Shown here: positions 1-8,595 of the stretch, one piece after another
How positions within the stretch are numbered: the stretch's first letter is position 1
Layout of the letters: each line of letters opens with the position of its first letter
Assembly (NCBI GenBank): GCA_965198735.1
Contig: OZ240672.1
Span: forward strand, 50,743 to 82,742
Length of the DNA stretch: 32,000 bases
Direction of reading: 5' to 3'
From: an uncultured Granulicella sp.
GTDB lineage: Bacteria; Acidobacteriota; Terriglobia; Terriglobales; Acidobacteriaceae
Translations under genes and position numbers: made by a program
Notes under the pieces: model-generated
Database searches by the model: none
Told to the model about the DNA's origin: nothing
Seen by the model: only the letters and a program-made list of their open reading frames with translations

Positions 1-2
1 TA

Positions 3-1007
3 GCCGCGCCGGAGGGCCTGCCGGAATCCCTTCGCGGCCGCATCCTGCACACCTCCTTCCTGCAGCGCATTCCGCTGGCCCGCAGCCATCATCGCCACAT
101 GATGCCGCTCTATCCAGCCGCGGCCCGGAGCCTGGACCTACGCGGCTTTGACCTGGTGATCTCCTCCGACAGCGGTCCGGTGAAGGCCGTGCGCGTCGAT
201 CCCGGCGTCGTCCACATCTGCTACTGCCACTCGCCGATGCGCTACCTCTATGACGGCTACGAGCAGTATCGGGCGCAGATGGGTGGCGCTGTCCGGGCGC
301 TGTTCACGGCGAGCGCCGGCTTCGTACGCCGGGCGGACGTCGATGCCGCGCAGCGCGTGACCTGGTTCCTGGCCAACTCCCGCTATGTGGCCGAGCGCAT
401 CCAGCGCGTCTACGGGCGCGAAGCCCAGGTCATTCACCCGCCGATCGATCTCTCACTCGCCCGGCTCGTCTCCCCCGGCGACCACTATCTCTGCGCTGGA
501 CGCCTGGTCGGCTACAAGCGGACGGAGATCCTCATCGAGGCTTGCCGCCGGCTCGGCCGCCGGCTCCGCATCGCCGGCACCGGCCCCGAAGAAGCCCGCC
601 TGCGCCGCCTTGCCGGGCCGGAGGTTACCTTTCTTGGTCAGCTCTCGGATGACGCGCTCTGGCAGCAGTACGCCGAGTGCCGAGCCCTGCTTTTTGCCGC
701 GGACGAGGATTTCGGGATGGTGCCGCTCGAGGCGCAGGCATGTGGGCGGCCCGTCGTCTGCTACGGCGCGGGCGGCTCGCTTGAGACCGTTCGCGGCGAC
801 GGTCCGGACCCGACCGGCGTTTACTTTCCGGTGCAATCGGCTGATTCGGCCGTCGAGGGAATGGAGCGCTTTGAAGCGCGCGAGTTCCAGTCTTCCGCGA
901 TTCAAGCCTGGGCTGCGGCGTTCGCGACCCCTGTGTTTCTACGCCGGATGCGCGAGTTCATCCTGGCCCGCGTGCCGGCCGCTGCCTCCGTCATGGGAGA
1001 AGTCTAG
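3..1007 (+). CDS. Glycosyltransferase family 4 (GT-B fold, RfaG/WcaL-like), 5' end cut by window edge
   Basis: Frame 3 is open from nt 3 with no stop before the ORF-track Met at 99, so the gene enters from upstream. The C-terminal half carries the GT4 E-x7-E type motif EDFGMVPLEAQACGRPVV and the GRLVGYKR segment. Stop TAG at 1005-1007 is followed directly by the next ATG at 1008. Confidence 0.8.
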   Translation, partial: AAPEGLPESLRGRILHTSFLQRIPLARSHHRHMMPLYPAAARSLDLRGFDLVISSDSGPVKAVRVDPGVVHICYCHSPMRYLYDGYEQYRAQMGGAVRALFTASAGFVRRADVDAAQRVTWFLANSRYVAERIQRVYGREAQVIHPPIDLSLARLVSPGDHYLCAGRLVGYKRTEILIEACRRLGRRLRIAGTGPEEARLRRLAGPEVTFLGQLSDDALWQQYAECRALLFAADEDFGMVPLEAQACGRPVVCYGAGGSLETVRGDGPDPTGVYFPVQSADSAVEGMERFEAREFQSSAIQAWAAAFATPVFLRRMREFILARVPAAASVMGEV

Positions 1008-1307
1008 ATGGAACGGATGCGCGATCTCCTGAAACACAACCTTGGCCGCAGCCTGAGCGGGCTGTCCGTCGCCGACCGCCTCACCGCGGCGTGGCCGGTC
1101 GCCTGCGGTCCTGCCATGGCCAAACGCGGAGAGATCGTCGGGTTTACCGGCGGCGTCGTCGAGGTGCAGGTCGAGGACAGCGCGTGGCTCGACCAGATGC
1201 GGTCCATGGGGGCAGTTCTCGAGCGCGAGCTGGCCCGCATCGCCGGCGTGGAGGTCGCCGGGATACACTTTGAGGTGAGGGGTTCACGCCCGAAAGGCTC
1301 TCGATGA
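1008..1307 (+). CDS. DUF721 / DciA-like small protein
   Basis: 99 aa. The pattern L..W..(v)cGp.(a)..(t)....(f).gGvl.V.V.dsaW...l is as I recall for the DUF721 family. ATG abuts the upstream stop, and its TGA overlaps the gatC ATG (ATGA at 1304-1307). Confidence 0.55.
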   Translation: MERMRDLLKHNLGRSLSGLSVADRLTAAWPVACGPAMAKRGEIVGFTGGVVEVQVEDSAWLDQMRSMGAVLERELARIAGVEVAGIHFEVRGSRPKGSR

Positions 1308-1621
1308 GTGCGGTAACGGTAGAAGAAGTGCGTCGCGTCGCGGAGCTGGCGAACCTGCAGCTGACGGCCGAGGAAGAGGTCCGCATGGCCCGCGATCTGG
1401 GCGACATCCTGGGCCACGTGGCGCAGCTGGCCGAGCTGGACACGGAGAACGTGGAGCCGATGGCGCAGGTGAGTGACGTGCTCGGCTTGATCAGCGACGG
1501 AGCCGGCGGCACGCTGCGCCCGGATGCGGTTCGGCTCTCGGTGGACCGGCGCGCCGTGATGGCCGCGGCCCCGGAGTCCGATGGCCGCTTCTTCAAGGTG
1601 CCGAAGGTGATTGAACGGTGA
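1304..1621 (+). CDS. gatC: Asp-tRNA(Asn)/Glu-tRNA(Gln) amidotransferase subunit C
   Basis: 105 aa. The N-terminus VEEVRRVAELANLQLTAEEEVRMARDLGDILGHVAQLAELDTENVEPM is the typical GatC pattern. Lies immediately upstream of gatA with a start/stop overlap. Confidence 0.85.
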   Translation: MSAVTVEEVRRVAELANLQLTAEEEVRMARDLGDILGHVAQLAELDTENVEPMAQVSDVLGLISDGAGGTLRPDAVRLSVDRRAVMAAAPESDGRFFKVPKVIER

Positions 1622-3099
1622 CGGTGCGCACGAGCAGCATGCGAACCATCGCGGAAGCGCGCGCGCAGGCCCAGGCTGGTTCGGCAACTGCCTTGGCCGA
1701 GCGCCACTTTGCGCTCATCGCGGAGCAGGACGGCCCCCAAGGCCTGGGCATACACAGTTTCCTGGCGCTCAGCCGCGAGCGCGCCCTGGCGCAGGCCGCG
1801 CGCGTCGACGAGCTGCACGCGAAGGGCCAAGCCGCCGGAGCGCTCGCCGGAGTTCCCGTCGCGGTCAAGGATGTCCTGGCCATGACCGGCGCTCCCGCCA
1901 CAGCCGGCTCGAAGATCCTGGCCGGCTACCAGCCTCCCTACGATGCGACCGCAGTGCGTAAGCTCGAAGCGGCCGGCGCCGTCCTGCTCGGCAAGCTGAA
2001 CTGCGATGAGTTCGCCATGGGATCCTCGAATGAGAACTCCGCGTACGGCCCGGTACGCAACCCGCGGGCGCTCGACCGGGTCCCCGGCGGCTCAAGCGGC
2101 GGTTCGGCGGCGGCGGTGGCGGCCGGGTTTGCGGTGACTACGCTCGGCACGGACACCGGCGGCTCGATCCGGCAGCCCGCGGCTTTTTGCGGCGTGGTCG
2201 GCGTGCTGCCCACCTATGGCCGCGTCAGCCGCTTCGGCCTGATCGCCTTTGCCTCCTCGCTCGACCGCGTCGGCCCGCTGACGGCAAATGTCTCGGACGC
2301 CGCGACGATGCTCACCGTGCTCGCCGGCCGTGACCCGCTGGACGCGACCAGCGCCGACCGGCCCGTCGAGGACTTTTCCGCCGCCCTCGCCCAGCCGGTC
2401 GAAGGGGTCCGGGGCGGCCTCCGCGTCGGCGTGCCCGAGGAGTACTTCGGCGAGGGCCTGGACCCCGAGATCCGGGCCGCCATCGAGCGCACCCTGGACG
2501 GCCTGCATACGCGCGGCTGCGAGCTGGTCAAGATCAGCCTGCCGCACACGCGCTACGCCATCCCGACGTACTACGTGCTGGCCACGGCGGAGGCGTCCTC
2601 GAATCTGTCGCGCTTCGATGGCGTTCGCTTTGGGCTGCGGTCCTCCGAGAGCAACACCCTCTCCGCGCTCTTCCGCAGGACGCGCGAAGAGGGCTTCGGC
2701 GCGGAGGTCAAGCGCCGCATCCTGCTGGGCACCTACTCGCTGAGCGCCGGCTACTATGACGCGTACTACCGCAAGGCGCAGCAGGTGCGGATGCTGGTGG
2801 CCCGCGATTTCCTGGATGCCTTCACCAAGTGCGACGTGCTGGTCGCGCCCATGACACCGACGCCGCCCTTCAAACTGGGCGAGAAGGTGGACGACCCGAT
2901 CGCCATGTACCTGGCCGATATCTACTCGGTCGCGGCCTCGCTCGCCGGCATCTGCGGCATGAGCGTCCCGTGCGGCGAAACCAAAGACGGACTGCCGATC
3001 GGCGTGCAGGTGATGGGGCCGCACTTTGGCGAATCCGCCATGCTGCGAGCCGGGCTGGCCATCGAACAGATCCAGGAACAGATGCAGGAGAAGCTGTGA
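1618..3099 (+). CDS. gatA: Asp-tRNA(Asn)/Glu-tRNA(Gln) amidotransferase subunit A (amidase signature family)
   Basis: 493 aa. Amidase signature GGSSGGSAAAVA..TDTGGSIRQPAAFCG, and the GatA-like C-terminus LPIGVQVMG. GTG start at 1618 overlaps the gatC TGA; an alternative ATG lies at 1639. Confidence 0.93.
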   Translation: MTVRTSSMRTIAEARAQAQAGSATALAERHFALIAEQDGPQGLGIHSFLALSRERALAQAARVDELHAKGQAAGALAGVPVAVKDVLAMTGAPATAGSKILAGYQPPYDATAVRKLEAAGAVLLGKLNCDEFAMGSSNENSAYGPVRNPRALDRVPGGSSGGSAAAVAAGFAVTTLGTDTGGSIRQPAAFCGVVGVLPTYGRVSRFGLIAFASSLDRVGPLTANVSDAATMLTVLAGRDPLDATSADRPVEDFSAALAQPVEGVRGGLRVGVPEEYFGEGLDPEIRAAIERTLDGLHTRGCELVKISLPHTRYAIPTYYVLATAEASSNLSRFDGVRFGLRSSESNTLSALFRRTREEGFGAEVKRRILLGTYSLSAGYYDAYYRKAQQVRMLVARDFLDAFTKCDVLVAPMTPTPPFKLGEKVDDPIAMYLADIYSVAASLAGICGMSVPCGETKDGLPIGVQVMGPHFGESAMLRAGLAIEQIQEQMQEKL

Positions 3100-4955
3100 G
3101 CGAAGAAACACAAGTAGCCGTGCCCGAGGGAATCCGGGCGTTCGATGGCGAGGGCCGCGAGGTCGTCGTACCGCGGGAGCAGTGGCAGAACGAGGTTCTG
3201 CCGGGCATGCTGCAGCAGGCCTGGGATCAGCCCGATCAGCTGTATATGCTCATCGTCAACAGCCTCAACGATGGCTTCCTCGCCGAGATCGGCGACGCGG
3301 CCCGGCACCTGTATGAAACCGACACGGTGCCCGCGCGCGGAGCCTGCATGTGGGCGATCGTGCTGATCCAGACCGGGCGGCTGGTCGAGGCGGAGATGGT
3401 GCTGACCGGCTTCGGCGAGCGCCACGGCGAGGACTCCTCCGTGCTGGTCAACCTGGCCAAGGTCTACGCGGCCAAGGGCGAACAGGCGCGGGCGGAGGCG
3501 ACGCTCGACCGGGCGCTCGCGCTTGAGCCGAACCACGAAAACGGCCTGGGCTGGTTCGCCGCGATGGCGCGAGAGCGCGGCGGCGACGCGGGGGCAGCGC
3601 AAGCCCTCGAGCAGATGCGGGCCAACCCGGCGAGCTGGCGGGCGCAGCTTTGGCTCGCCCGGACGGAGCTCGACGGCGGTCGTCTCGACGCGGCCGGGGC
3701 ACTATATCAGGAGGCCTTAAGCCGCGCGCCGCGGCCGGTTCCGGCGGAGTTCCTGATGCAGATGAGCGGCGACCTGGGCGGACGCGGACACCTGCGCGAG
3801 CTGCTCGAATTTACCGCGCCGCACTTTGTCCCTGAGCTGCACGGTCTGCCGGTCGGCAATAACCTGATCAAGGCCAGCGTCGATACGGGCAATCTGGACG
3901 CGGCGGCGGCGATCGTGGGCGCGCTGACTCCCTTCGACCGCCCCGACTGGCGCAATCCGCTCGCTTTCTGGGAGCAGGAGATCGCCAAACGGCGCGGAGG
4001 CGTGCCGAATCCTGAGCCGGCGACGGGACAGCCGCAGCAGATCCAGATCGGCATGTTGCGGGTCGACGGGCCGGTGTGGCTCCCGCCCGGCTCGCCCGCG
4101 CGGTCGATCTTCGGAGCCAAGCCTGCGGCGGCGGCCTCGGTGACCTTTCTGGGCGGCACCGCGGAGGCTCCCGAGGAGAGCTCCGCCGAGCCGACGCCCG
4201 AGCAAAGGGAGACCGCCGATCATCTCGGGCGTCTCACCCGGTCGCTTCCGCTCTTCCTGGCCGAGCAGACCGACCTGCGCACCTCGGCGACCGGCCGGGC
4301 CATGCTGCCCTGGGCCGTGGCTCCGGCAGCCGGTACAGGCGGGCATCCAGGCGGCTTCGTGGTGGCCGCGGCGCAGTGGCCGGACGCGACCGCCGTGCAG
4401 GCCGTGCAGGATCCAGCCAACCGCAGCGACTACGTGGTGACTGTGCATATCGACGCCGAGGCCGAGCCCTGGGAGGCGTCCCTGGTATTTCTGCGCACCA
4501 GCGACGGCGCGCGCATCGGCGAGCTCAGCACGGAGTTCGCGCCTGACGAGCTGGAGCCTGCGCTCGAAGACCTGGCGGATGAGGTAGTCGAGCTGCTGCG
4601 CGCGCTCGGTCCCGAGTCGGAGACCTCCGACTATCAGCTGCCGGACAATTTCCCGGCCTATCTCGGTCAGTTGGAGCAACTGCTGGCCTTGCGCTGCACT
4701 ACGGTCGAGGGCGGGCAGGGGCAGCCGCTCAACGTGGATCGGCCTCTGCTCGACAACGCCTTTGCCCTGGAGCAGGAGGCTCCGGAGAATGTGGCCGTTC
4801 GGCTGCTTCTGCTTGAGACCGTCGGCGCGATGCAGCGCAAGACGCCGGAGGTCGCGGCGGAGTATAGGCCGCGTTTGGAGCAGGTGGTCCAAGAGCATCC
4901 GCTGGCGGCTGTGGATGCGGTGTTCGCTCGCATGGAGCTGAGAAGTCAGGCCTGA
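3096..4955 (+). CDS. TPR-repeat protein of unknown function
   Basis: The track ORF 2829-4955 overlaps gatA. The likely start is GTG at 3096, overlapping the gatA TGA (GTGA at 3096-3099), giving about 619 aa. TPR-like helices: LVNLAKVYAAKGEQARAEATLDRALALEPNHENGL and LWLARTELDGGRLDAAGALYQEALSRAP. The C-terminal ~300 aa has no motif I recognise. Confidence 0.6.
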   Translation: MSEETQVAVPEGIRAFDGEGREVVVPREQWQNEVLPGMLQQAWDQPDQLYMLIVNSLNDGFLAEIGDAARHLYETDTVPARGACMWAIVLIQTGRLVEAEMVLTGFGERHGEDSSVLVNLAKVYAAKGEQARAEATLDRALALEPNHENGLGWFAAMARERGGDAGAAQALEQMRANPASWRAQLWLARTELDGGRLDAAGALYQEALSRAPRPVPAEFLMQMSGDLGGRGHLRELLEFTAPHFVPELHGLPVGNNLIKASVDTGNLDAAAAIVGALTPFDRPDWRNPLAFWEQEIAKRRGGVPNPEPATGQPQQIQIGMLRVDGPVWLPPGSPARSIFGAKPAAAASVTFLGGTAEAPEESSAEPTPEQRETADHLGRLTRSLPLFLAEQTDLRTSATGRAMLPWAVAPAAGTGGHPGGFVVAAAQWPDATAVQAVQDPANRSDYVVTVHIDAEAEPWEASLVFLRTSDGARIGELSTEFAPDELEPALEDLADEVVELLRALGPESETSDYQLPDNFPAYLGQLEQLLALRCTTVEGGQGQPLNVDRPLLDNAFALEQEAPENVAVRLLLLETVGAMQRKTPEVAAEYRPRLEQVVQEHPLAAVDAVFARMELRSQA

Positions 4956-4961
4956 GACTTC
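4942..4961. terminator. Short hairpin at the convergent, overlapping gene ends (TPR gene / gmhB)
   Basis: GAAGTC (4942-4947) and GACTTC (4956-4961) form a 6-bp inverted repeat around an AGGCCT-containing loop. The two convergent CDSs overlap by 10 nt here (TGA 4953-4955 plus strand; TGA complement 4946-4948). No U-tract. Confidence 0.25.
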
Positions 4962-5497
4962 AGCCAGGCCTCGACCTCAGCCAATTCATCTACGGCCAAA
5001 AAGTCGCCGGGGCAGGCAGCGGTTTCCGTCCCGGCAATCAGAAAGGCTTGGCGGAGGCCTGCGGCGTTGGCGGCGGCGATGTCCGAACAGCGATCGCCGA
5101 CCAGGATGGACCGGGTGAGGTCGATTCCGTGTTCGCGGGCGGCGCGCAGCAGCATGCCGGGCGAGGGTTTGCGATCTTCGTGCTCGCGGCGGAACTCGCC
5201 CTGGCCGTGCTCCGGATGATACGGGCAGTGGTAGACGGCGGTGAGCGTAACGCCTTCTTCGGCGAGCCGCGCACGCATCCAGGCCATCAGCTCCTCAAAC
5301 TGCGCGGTGCTGTAGAGTCCGCGGGCGATCCCGCTCTGGTTGGTGACGATGATGAGCCGGTAGCCGAGCTGCTGGGCGGCGCGGCATAGCGGGAAAATTC
5401 CGTCCATGAAGCGGACGTCGGCCGGCCGGTACAGGAAGCCGACCTCGTGGTTGACGACGCCGTCGCGGTCGAGGAAGAGAGCCGGTGGCTGGATCAT
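4946..5497 (-). CDS. gmhB: D-glycero-D-manno-heptose 1,7-bisphosphate phosphatase (HAD-IIIA, histidinol-phosphatase-like)
   Basis: 183 aa. HAD motif I LFLDRDGVVN, then VTNQSGIARG, the Zn-site-like CPYHPE and motif IV VGDRCSDIAAA. The start ATG overlaps the stop of the upstream heptosyltransferase (ATGA at 5494-5497). Confidence 0.8.
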   Translation of the reverse strand: MIQPPALFLDRDGVVNHEVGFLYRPADVRFMDGIFPLCRAAQQLGYRLIIVTNQSGIARGLYSTAQFEELMAWMRARLAEEGVTLTAVYHCPYHPEHGQGEFRREHEDRKPSPGMLLRAAREHGIDLTRSILVGDRCSDIAAANAAGLRQAFLIAGTETAACPGDFLAVDELAEVEAWLKSQA

Positions 5498-6600
5498 GCG
5501 CGGCGCTCGGCGAGGGGGACCAGTGCTTCCGGAGCAATGGTGCTGGGAGGCACACGCACCTGCGGGGCCACGAGGATTCCGTCTGCGCGGTCCTGGAGCA
5601 TGGAGAGTACCTCTTCGAAGACGTGCTCCGGGCTGAGTTGGCGAAGGCAGTCGTTGGCGGGGCAGGGGGCGAAGCTGCGGCCGTCGTAGCAGGGCCGGCA
5701 GGCGAAGCCCTCGCCTCCCCAGAGCGCAACGGCTCCAGGACGCTGAGGCAGCTTTTCGCGGGGGTTGGTCGGCCCGAAGAGGGCGATGATGCCGGTGCGG
5801 GTAAGGCCGGCAAGATGCAGCGGGCCGGTGTCATGGGTGACGGTCACGTCGGCGGAGTCGAGCAGGGCGAGCGTCTCCGGCAGGGCAAGCTGGCCGATAC
5901 GATCGACGACAGCCAGCGAAGCGAAGAGGGGCTGCACCCATTCGTCTCCAGGGCCGCCGGCGAGGACGACCTCGAAGCCGCGTTCAAGGAGCATGTCTGC
6001 CAGGCGAACATAGTTTTCCGCGGGCCAGCGGCGCAGGGCGTCGTCGGCGAGCAGGTTGCGGGCGCCGGCAGGCACCAGCACCACGCGCGGCAGGCGAGAG
6101 GAGGGCAAGGGGCTCTCGGGCAGCGCTTCCCTCTGCACGGGCACGGGTGGTAGAGACAGAGGCGTGACCTCATCCGGGCGTCCCAGCAGGATGCGGGCCA
6201 ACTCATCGGTGTGGTGACGGCCGGGAAGCAGACGGTGTGCCCGGTCCTGCGGTGAGAGCTTAAGACGGCGGCGCGCATGGACCGGCAGAGTGAGCAGACG
6301 GTAGCGCCGGTCGTAGTAGAGCGTCGCCACCAGATCGTACGGCTCGCCCGCACTGAGCCGCCGCAGACTGCGCCACAGCCGGGCGAACTCGCGCCCTCTT
6401 TGCAGGGTGGACCCGCGCAGCAGGCGCTGCTCGTCCGCGGCCAGCGGCTGGATCCAGGGATAGAAACCAAGCACCGGAAGCACGGCCGGGCCGCACACCC
6501 AATCCACCGAGTGACCGGCGAGATAAAGCTGGTACGCCGCCGGAACGGCCATGATCACATCGCCGATGGCGCCGAGTTTGACGATCAGAACGCGTGCCAT
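5494..6600 (-). CDS. Glycosyltransferase family 9 (LPS heptosyltransferase-like)
   Basis: The track ORF runs to 6762, but the family-typical N-terminus MARVLIVKLGAIGDVIM starts at the ATG at 6600 (CAT at 6598-6600 on the plus strand). The GT9 C-terminal motif THDTGPLHLAG is present. Adjacent to and coupled with gmhB. Confidence 0.8.
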   Translation of the reverse strand: MARVLIVKLGAIGDVIMAVPAAYQLYLAGHSVDWVCGPAVLPVLGFYPWIQPLAADEQRLLRGSTLQRGREFARLWRSLRRLSAGEPYDLVATLYYDRRYRLLTLPVHARRRLKLSPQDRAHRLLPGRHHTDELARILLGRPDEVTPLSLPPVPVQREALPESPLPSSRLPRVVLVPAGARNLLADDALRRWPAENYVRLADMLLERGFEVVLAGGPGDEWVQPLFASLAVVDRIGQLALPETLALLDSADVTVTHDTGPLHLAGLTRTGIIALFGPTNPREKLPQRPGAVALWGGEGFACRPCYDGRSFAPCPANDCLRQLSPEHVFEEVLSMLQDRADGILVAPQVRVPPSTIAPEALVPLAERRA

Positions 6601-6703
6601 GCCAGGTCCCAGGATAACGTAGCGCGTGTGCAGGTCTGGCGGATGGAGCGAGCCGTGGGTGAATTTGCCCCCTTGCACCGGAGTTCCGGCTCGGCCCGGG
6701 ATG

Positions 6704-6745
6704 TGGTGAATGAGGCTTGGTGAATGTTGCTTGGTGGCTTGTTTC
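6704..6745. repeat. 14-bp tandem repeat (2 good copies plus a degenerate third) in the 196-bp gap upstream of the GT9 gene
   Basis: TGGTGAATGAGGCT (6704-6717), TGGTGAATGTTGCT (6718-6731) and TGGTGGCTTGTTTC (6732-6745), read directly from the sequence. Lies in the only sizeable intergenic gap of the minus-strand polysaccharide operon. Confidence 0.6.
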
Positions 6746-6796
6746 GTCAAGGCGTCCAGCACAGTTCCGTAAGGTGGCTGCGTGCATCAACCGGAA

Positions 6797-7672
6797 TCAC
6801 AGCCGGTCCGTAAAGACGCGTTGCCGCTCCGCGACAAAGACCGCAACGCCTCTGCATACCGCGGCCGCGTTTGAAAAGCGTCCGCGCAGGAGGCGGTTGC
6901 CAAGGCGAAGGGTGAGATACGCGGCCATCGAGAGCAGCGGGATGGGGGCGGCGCGCTCAAGCAGGCGCAGCGTGGAGGTCGTCGCGAACTCATCGATAAG
7001 CGGGCTGCGCTTCGGGCTACTACCGCCCTCTTTGTGGAGGATGGCGGTCTCGGCGCAGACGACCAGGGAGAGGCCGGCGCGGTGCATGCGAAGGCAAAGG
7101 TCCGAGTCATCGCAATACATGAAGAAGCCCTCGAAGAAGAGGCCGACCTGCTCGAGCGTGCGGCGGGGCAGCATCAGGCTCGCGCCGGTCAAAAAGGTGT
7201 TTGCGGGCGCGAAGGAGGCCGGCGCGGTGAAGTGCCGGGTATAGGCCGTGAGCAGATGAACGGATCCGCCGCCCCAGGCCTGCACCTGTTCCGGTGCATG
7301 CATGTACCTGAGCACAGACCCGATCGCCCCAGCTTCCGGATGGGCGAGTGCCGTGCCGACCAGCAGGGACAGCGTCTCGGGCGGAGCGATAGTGTCGTTG
7401 TTGAGCAGCCAGACCAGCTCCGCGCCGCGTTGATACGCGAGCCGGGTTCCGGCATTGCAGCCGCGCGCAAATCCAAGATTTTCGCCGGTTTCCTGCACGT
7501 CCACCCAGGGATGCGCCTGCCGGATGCGCGGCACGGAGCCGTCGGTGGACCCATTGTCGACGACAATGACCTGCAGGTGGGGGTAGTCCTGGGCGCGCAG
7601 GGAGTCCAGGCAGAGGAGGGTGTCCTGCCAGCCGTTCCAGTTGACGGTCACACAGACGACGAGCGGCGTCAC
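6797..7672 (-). CDS. Glycosyltransferase family 2
   Basis: The track ORF 6797-7900 overlaps rfbD. The likely start is GTG at 7672, overlapping the rfbD TGA (GTGA), giving about 291 aa. GT2 pattern VVCVTVNWNGWQDTLLCLDSLRAQDYPHLQVIVVDNGSTDGS, and a DxD-type CDDSDLCLR. Confidence 0.8.
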   Translation of the reverse strand: MTPLVVCVTVNWNGWQDTLLCLDSLRAQDYPHLQVIVVDNGSTDGSVPRIRQAHPWVDVQETGENLGFARGCNAGTRLAYQRGAELVWLLNNDTIAPPETLSLLVGTALAHPEAGAIGSVLRYMHAPEQVQAWGGGSVHLLTAYTRHFTAPASFAPANTFLTGASLMLPRRTLEQVGLFFEGFFMYCDDSDLCLRMHRAGLSLVVCAETAILHKEGGSSPKRSPLIDEFATTSTLRLLERAAPIPLLSMAAYLTLRLGNRLLRGRFSNAAAVCRGVAVFVAERQRVFTDRL

Positions 7673-8592
7673 GCTTCGAGCGAGTAGAGCTCGGCCATCA
7701 CATCGCGCAGCGAAAACTGCCACTGCGGGAAGGTGAACTTCAGGTTCTTGGCCAGCCGGGTGCAGTTCAGGCGCGAGTTCGCGGGGCGTTTGGCCGGGGT
7801 GGGATACTCGGAGGTGGGAATGGGCAGCATGACGGCATAGGAGGCCTTGGGATTCAGCTCGCGGGCTTGGCGGACGCCCTCCGCCGCGAAGCCGTGCCAA
7901 GTGGTCTCGCCGCGGCTAGTCGCATGGTAGAGACCGCCCACCTCGCTCAGGTCGGCGTGCTCGGCCAGAATGTGCAGGGTGAGCGCGGCCAGGTCGCGGC
8001 TAGAGGTGGGCGCGCCATGCTGGTCGGCCACGACCTTCATCTCGGAGCGCTCGCGCGCCAGACGCAGGATGGTCAGGAGAAAGTTCTTGCCGGAGGCGCC
8101 GTACACCCATGAGGTGCGGAGCGTAATGTGCTGGGCGCCCGAAGCCTCAAGCGCCTGCTCGCCCGCGAGCTTCGAGGCGCCATAGACGCCGGCGGGATTG
8201 GCGCCGTCGGTCTCCACATAGGGCAGGGGATTGGTCCCGTCGAAGACGTAGTCGGTGGAGAAGTGAATGACTCCCGCGCCGATCCGTTTGGCCTCTTCGC
8301 CCAGGACGCCCGGAGCCTCCGCGTTGATGTCGAAGGCAACGACGCGATTGGTCTCGGCTTTATCGACCGCGGTGTAGGCAGCCGGATTGACGATCCAGCG
8401 TGGGCGAAGCTCACGCACTACCTTGCGGATGGACGCGGGATTGCCTAGGTTCAGGGCCGCCCGGTTGGGCGCGTGGATCGGCCCCGCCGTCTCCGAGAAC
8501 GGCGCCAGCGCCTGCAGAATCGCGCTGCCGACCTGGCCGGTCGAGCCTGTGACGAGAATGCCTCCGGTAGTGCTGATAACTGGTCTCCTCAA
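7669..8592 (-). CDS. rfbD: dTDP-4-dehydrorhamnose reductase
   Basis: 307 aa. Rossmann motif ILVTGSTGQVGS, RmlD-like STDYVFDG and YGASKLAGE (YxxxK). The only canonical start is TTG at 8592, with no obvious SD. Confidence 0.85.
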   Translation of the reverse strand: MRRPVISTTGGILVTGSTGQVGSAILQALAPFSETAGPIHAPNRAALNLGNPASIRKVVRELRPRWIVNPAAYTAVDKAETNRVVAFDINAEAPGVLGEEAKRIGAGVIHFSTDYVFDGTNPLPYVETDGANPAGVYGASKLAGEQALEASGAQHITLRTSWVYGASGKNFLLTILRLARERSEMKVVADQHGAPTSSRDLAALTLHILAEHADLSEVGGLYHATSRGETTWHGFAAEGVRQARELNPKASYAVMLPIPTSEYPTPAKRPANSRLNCTRLAKNLKFTFPQWQFSLRDVMAELYSLEA

Positions 8593-8595
8593 GAA

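Noticed and set aside
2829-3095. 5' extensions of track ORFs. Track starts with the starts I adopted instead: 2829 (TPR, 3096); 6762 (GT9, 6600); 7900 (GT2, 7672); 15742 (preT, 15892); 17250 (preA, 17274); 21466 (NCS1, 21550); 28531 (isochorismatase-like, 27985); 27929 (DinB-like, 28085); 28948 (PIN, 29119); 30541 (HNH, 30418); 31727 (comF, 31469)
   Set aside because: The extensions overlap neighbouring genes or promoter regions, and their sequence is unlike the family N-termini. Better starts with an SD or start/stop coupling exist downstream.
2092-3111. 339-aa minus-strand ORF antisense to gatA, with similar antisense or alternate-frame ORFs at 3717-4898(-), 12604-13848(+), 14469-15857(-), 20123-20878(-), 21451-22224(-), 24641-25279(-) and 25892-27010(-)
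   Set aside because: Each lies fully inside a gene with clear family motifs on the other strand. Their translations are Arg/Gly/Ala/His-rich low-complexity strings typical of stop-poor shadow frames in high-GC DNA, and they have no motifs or SDs.
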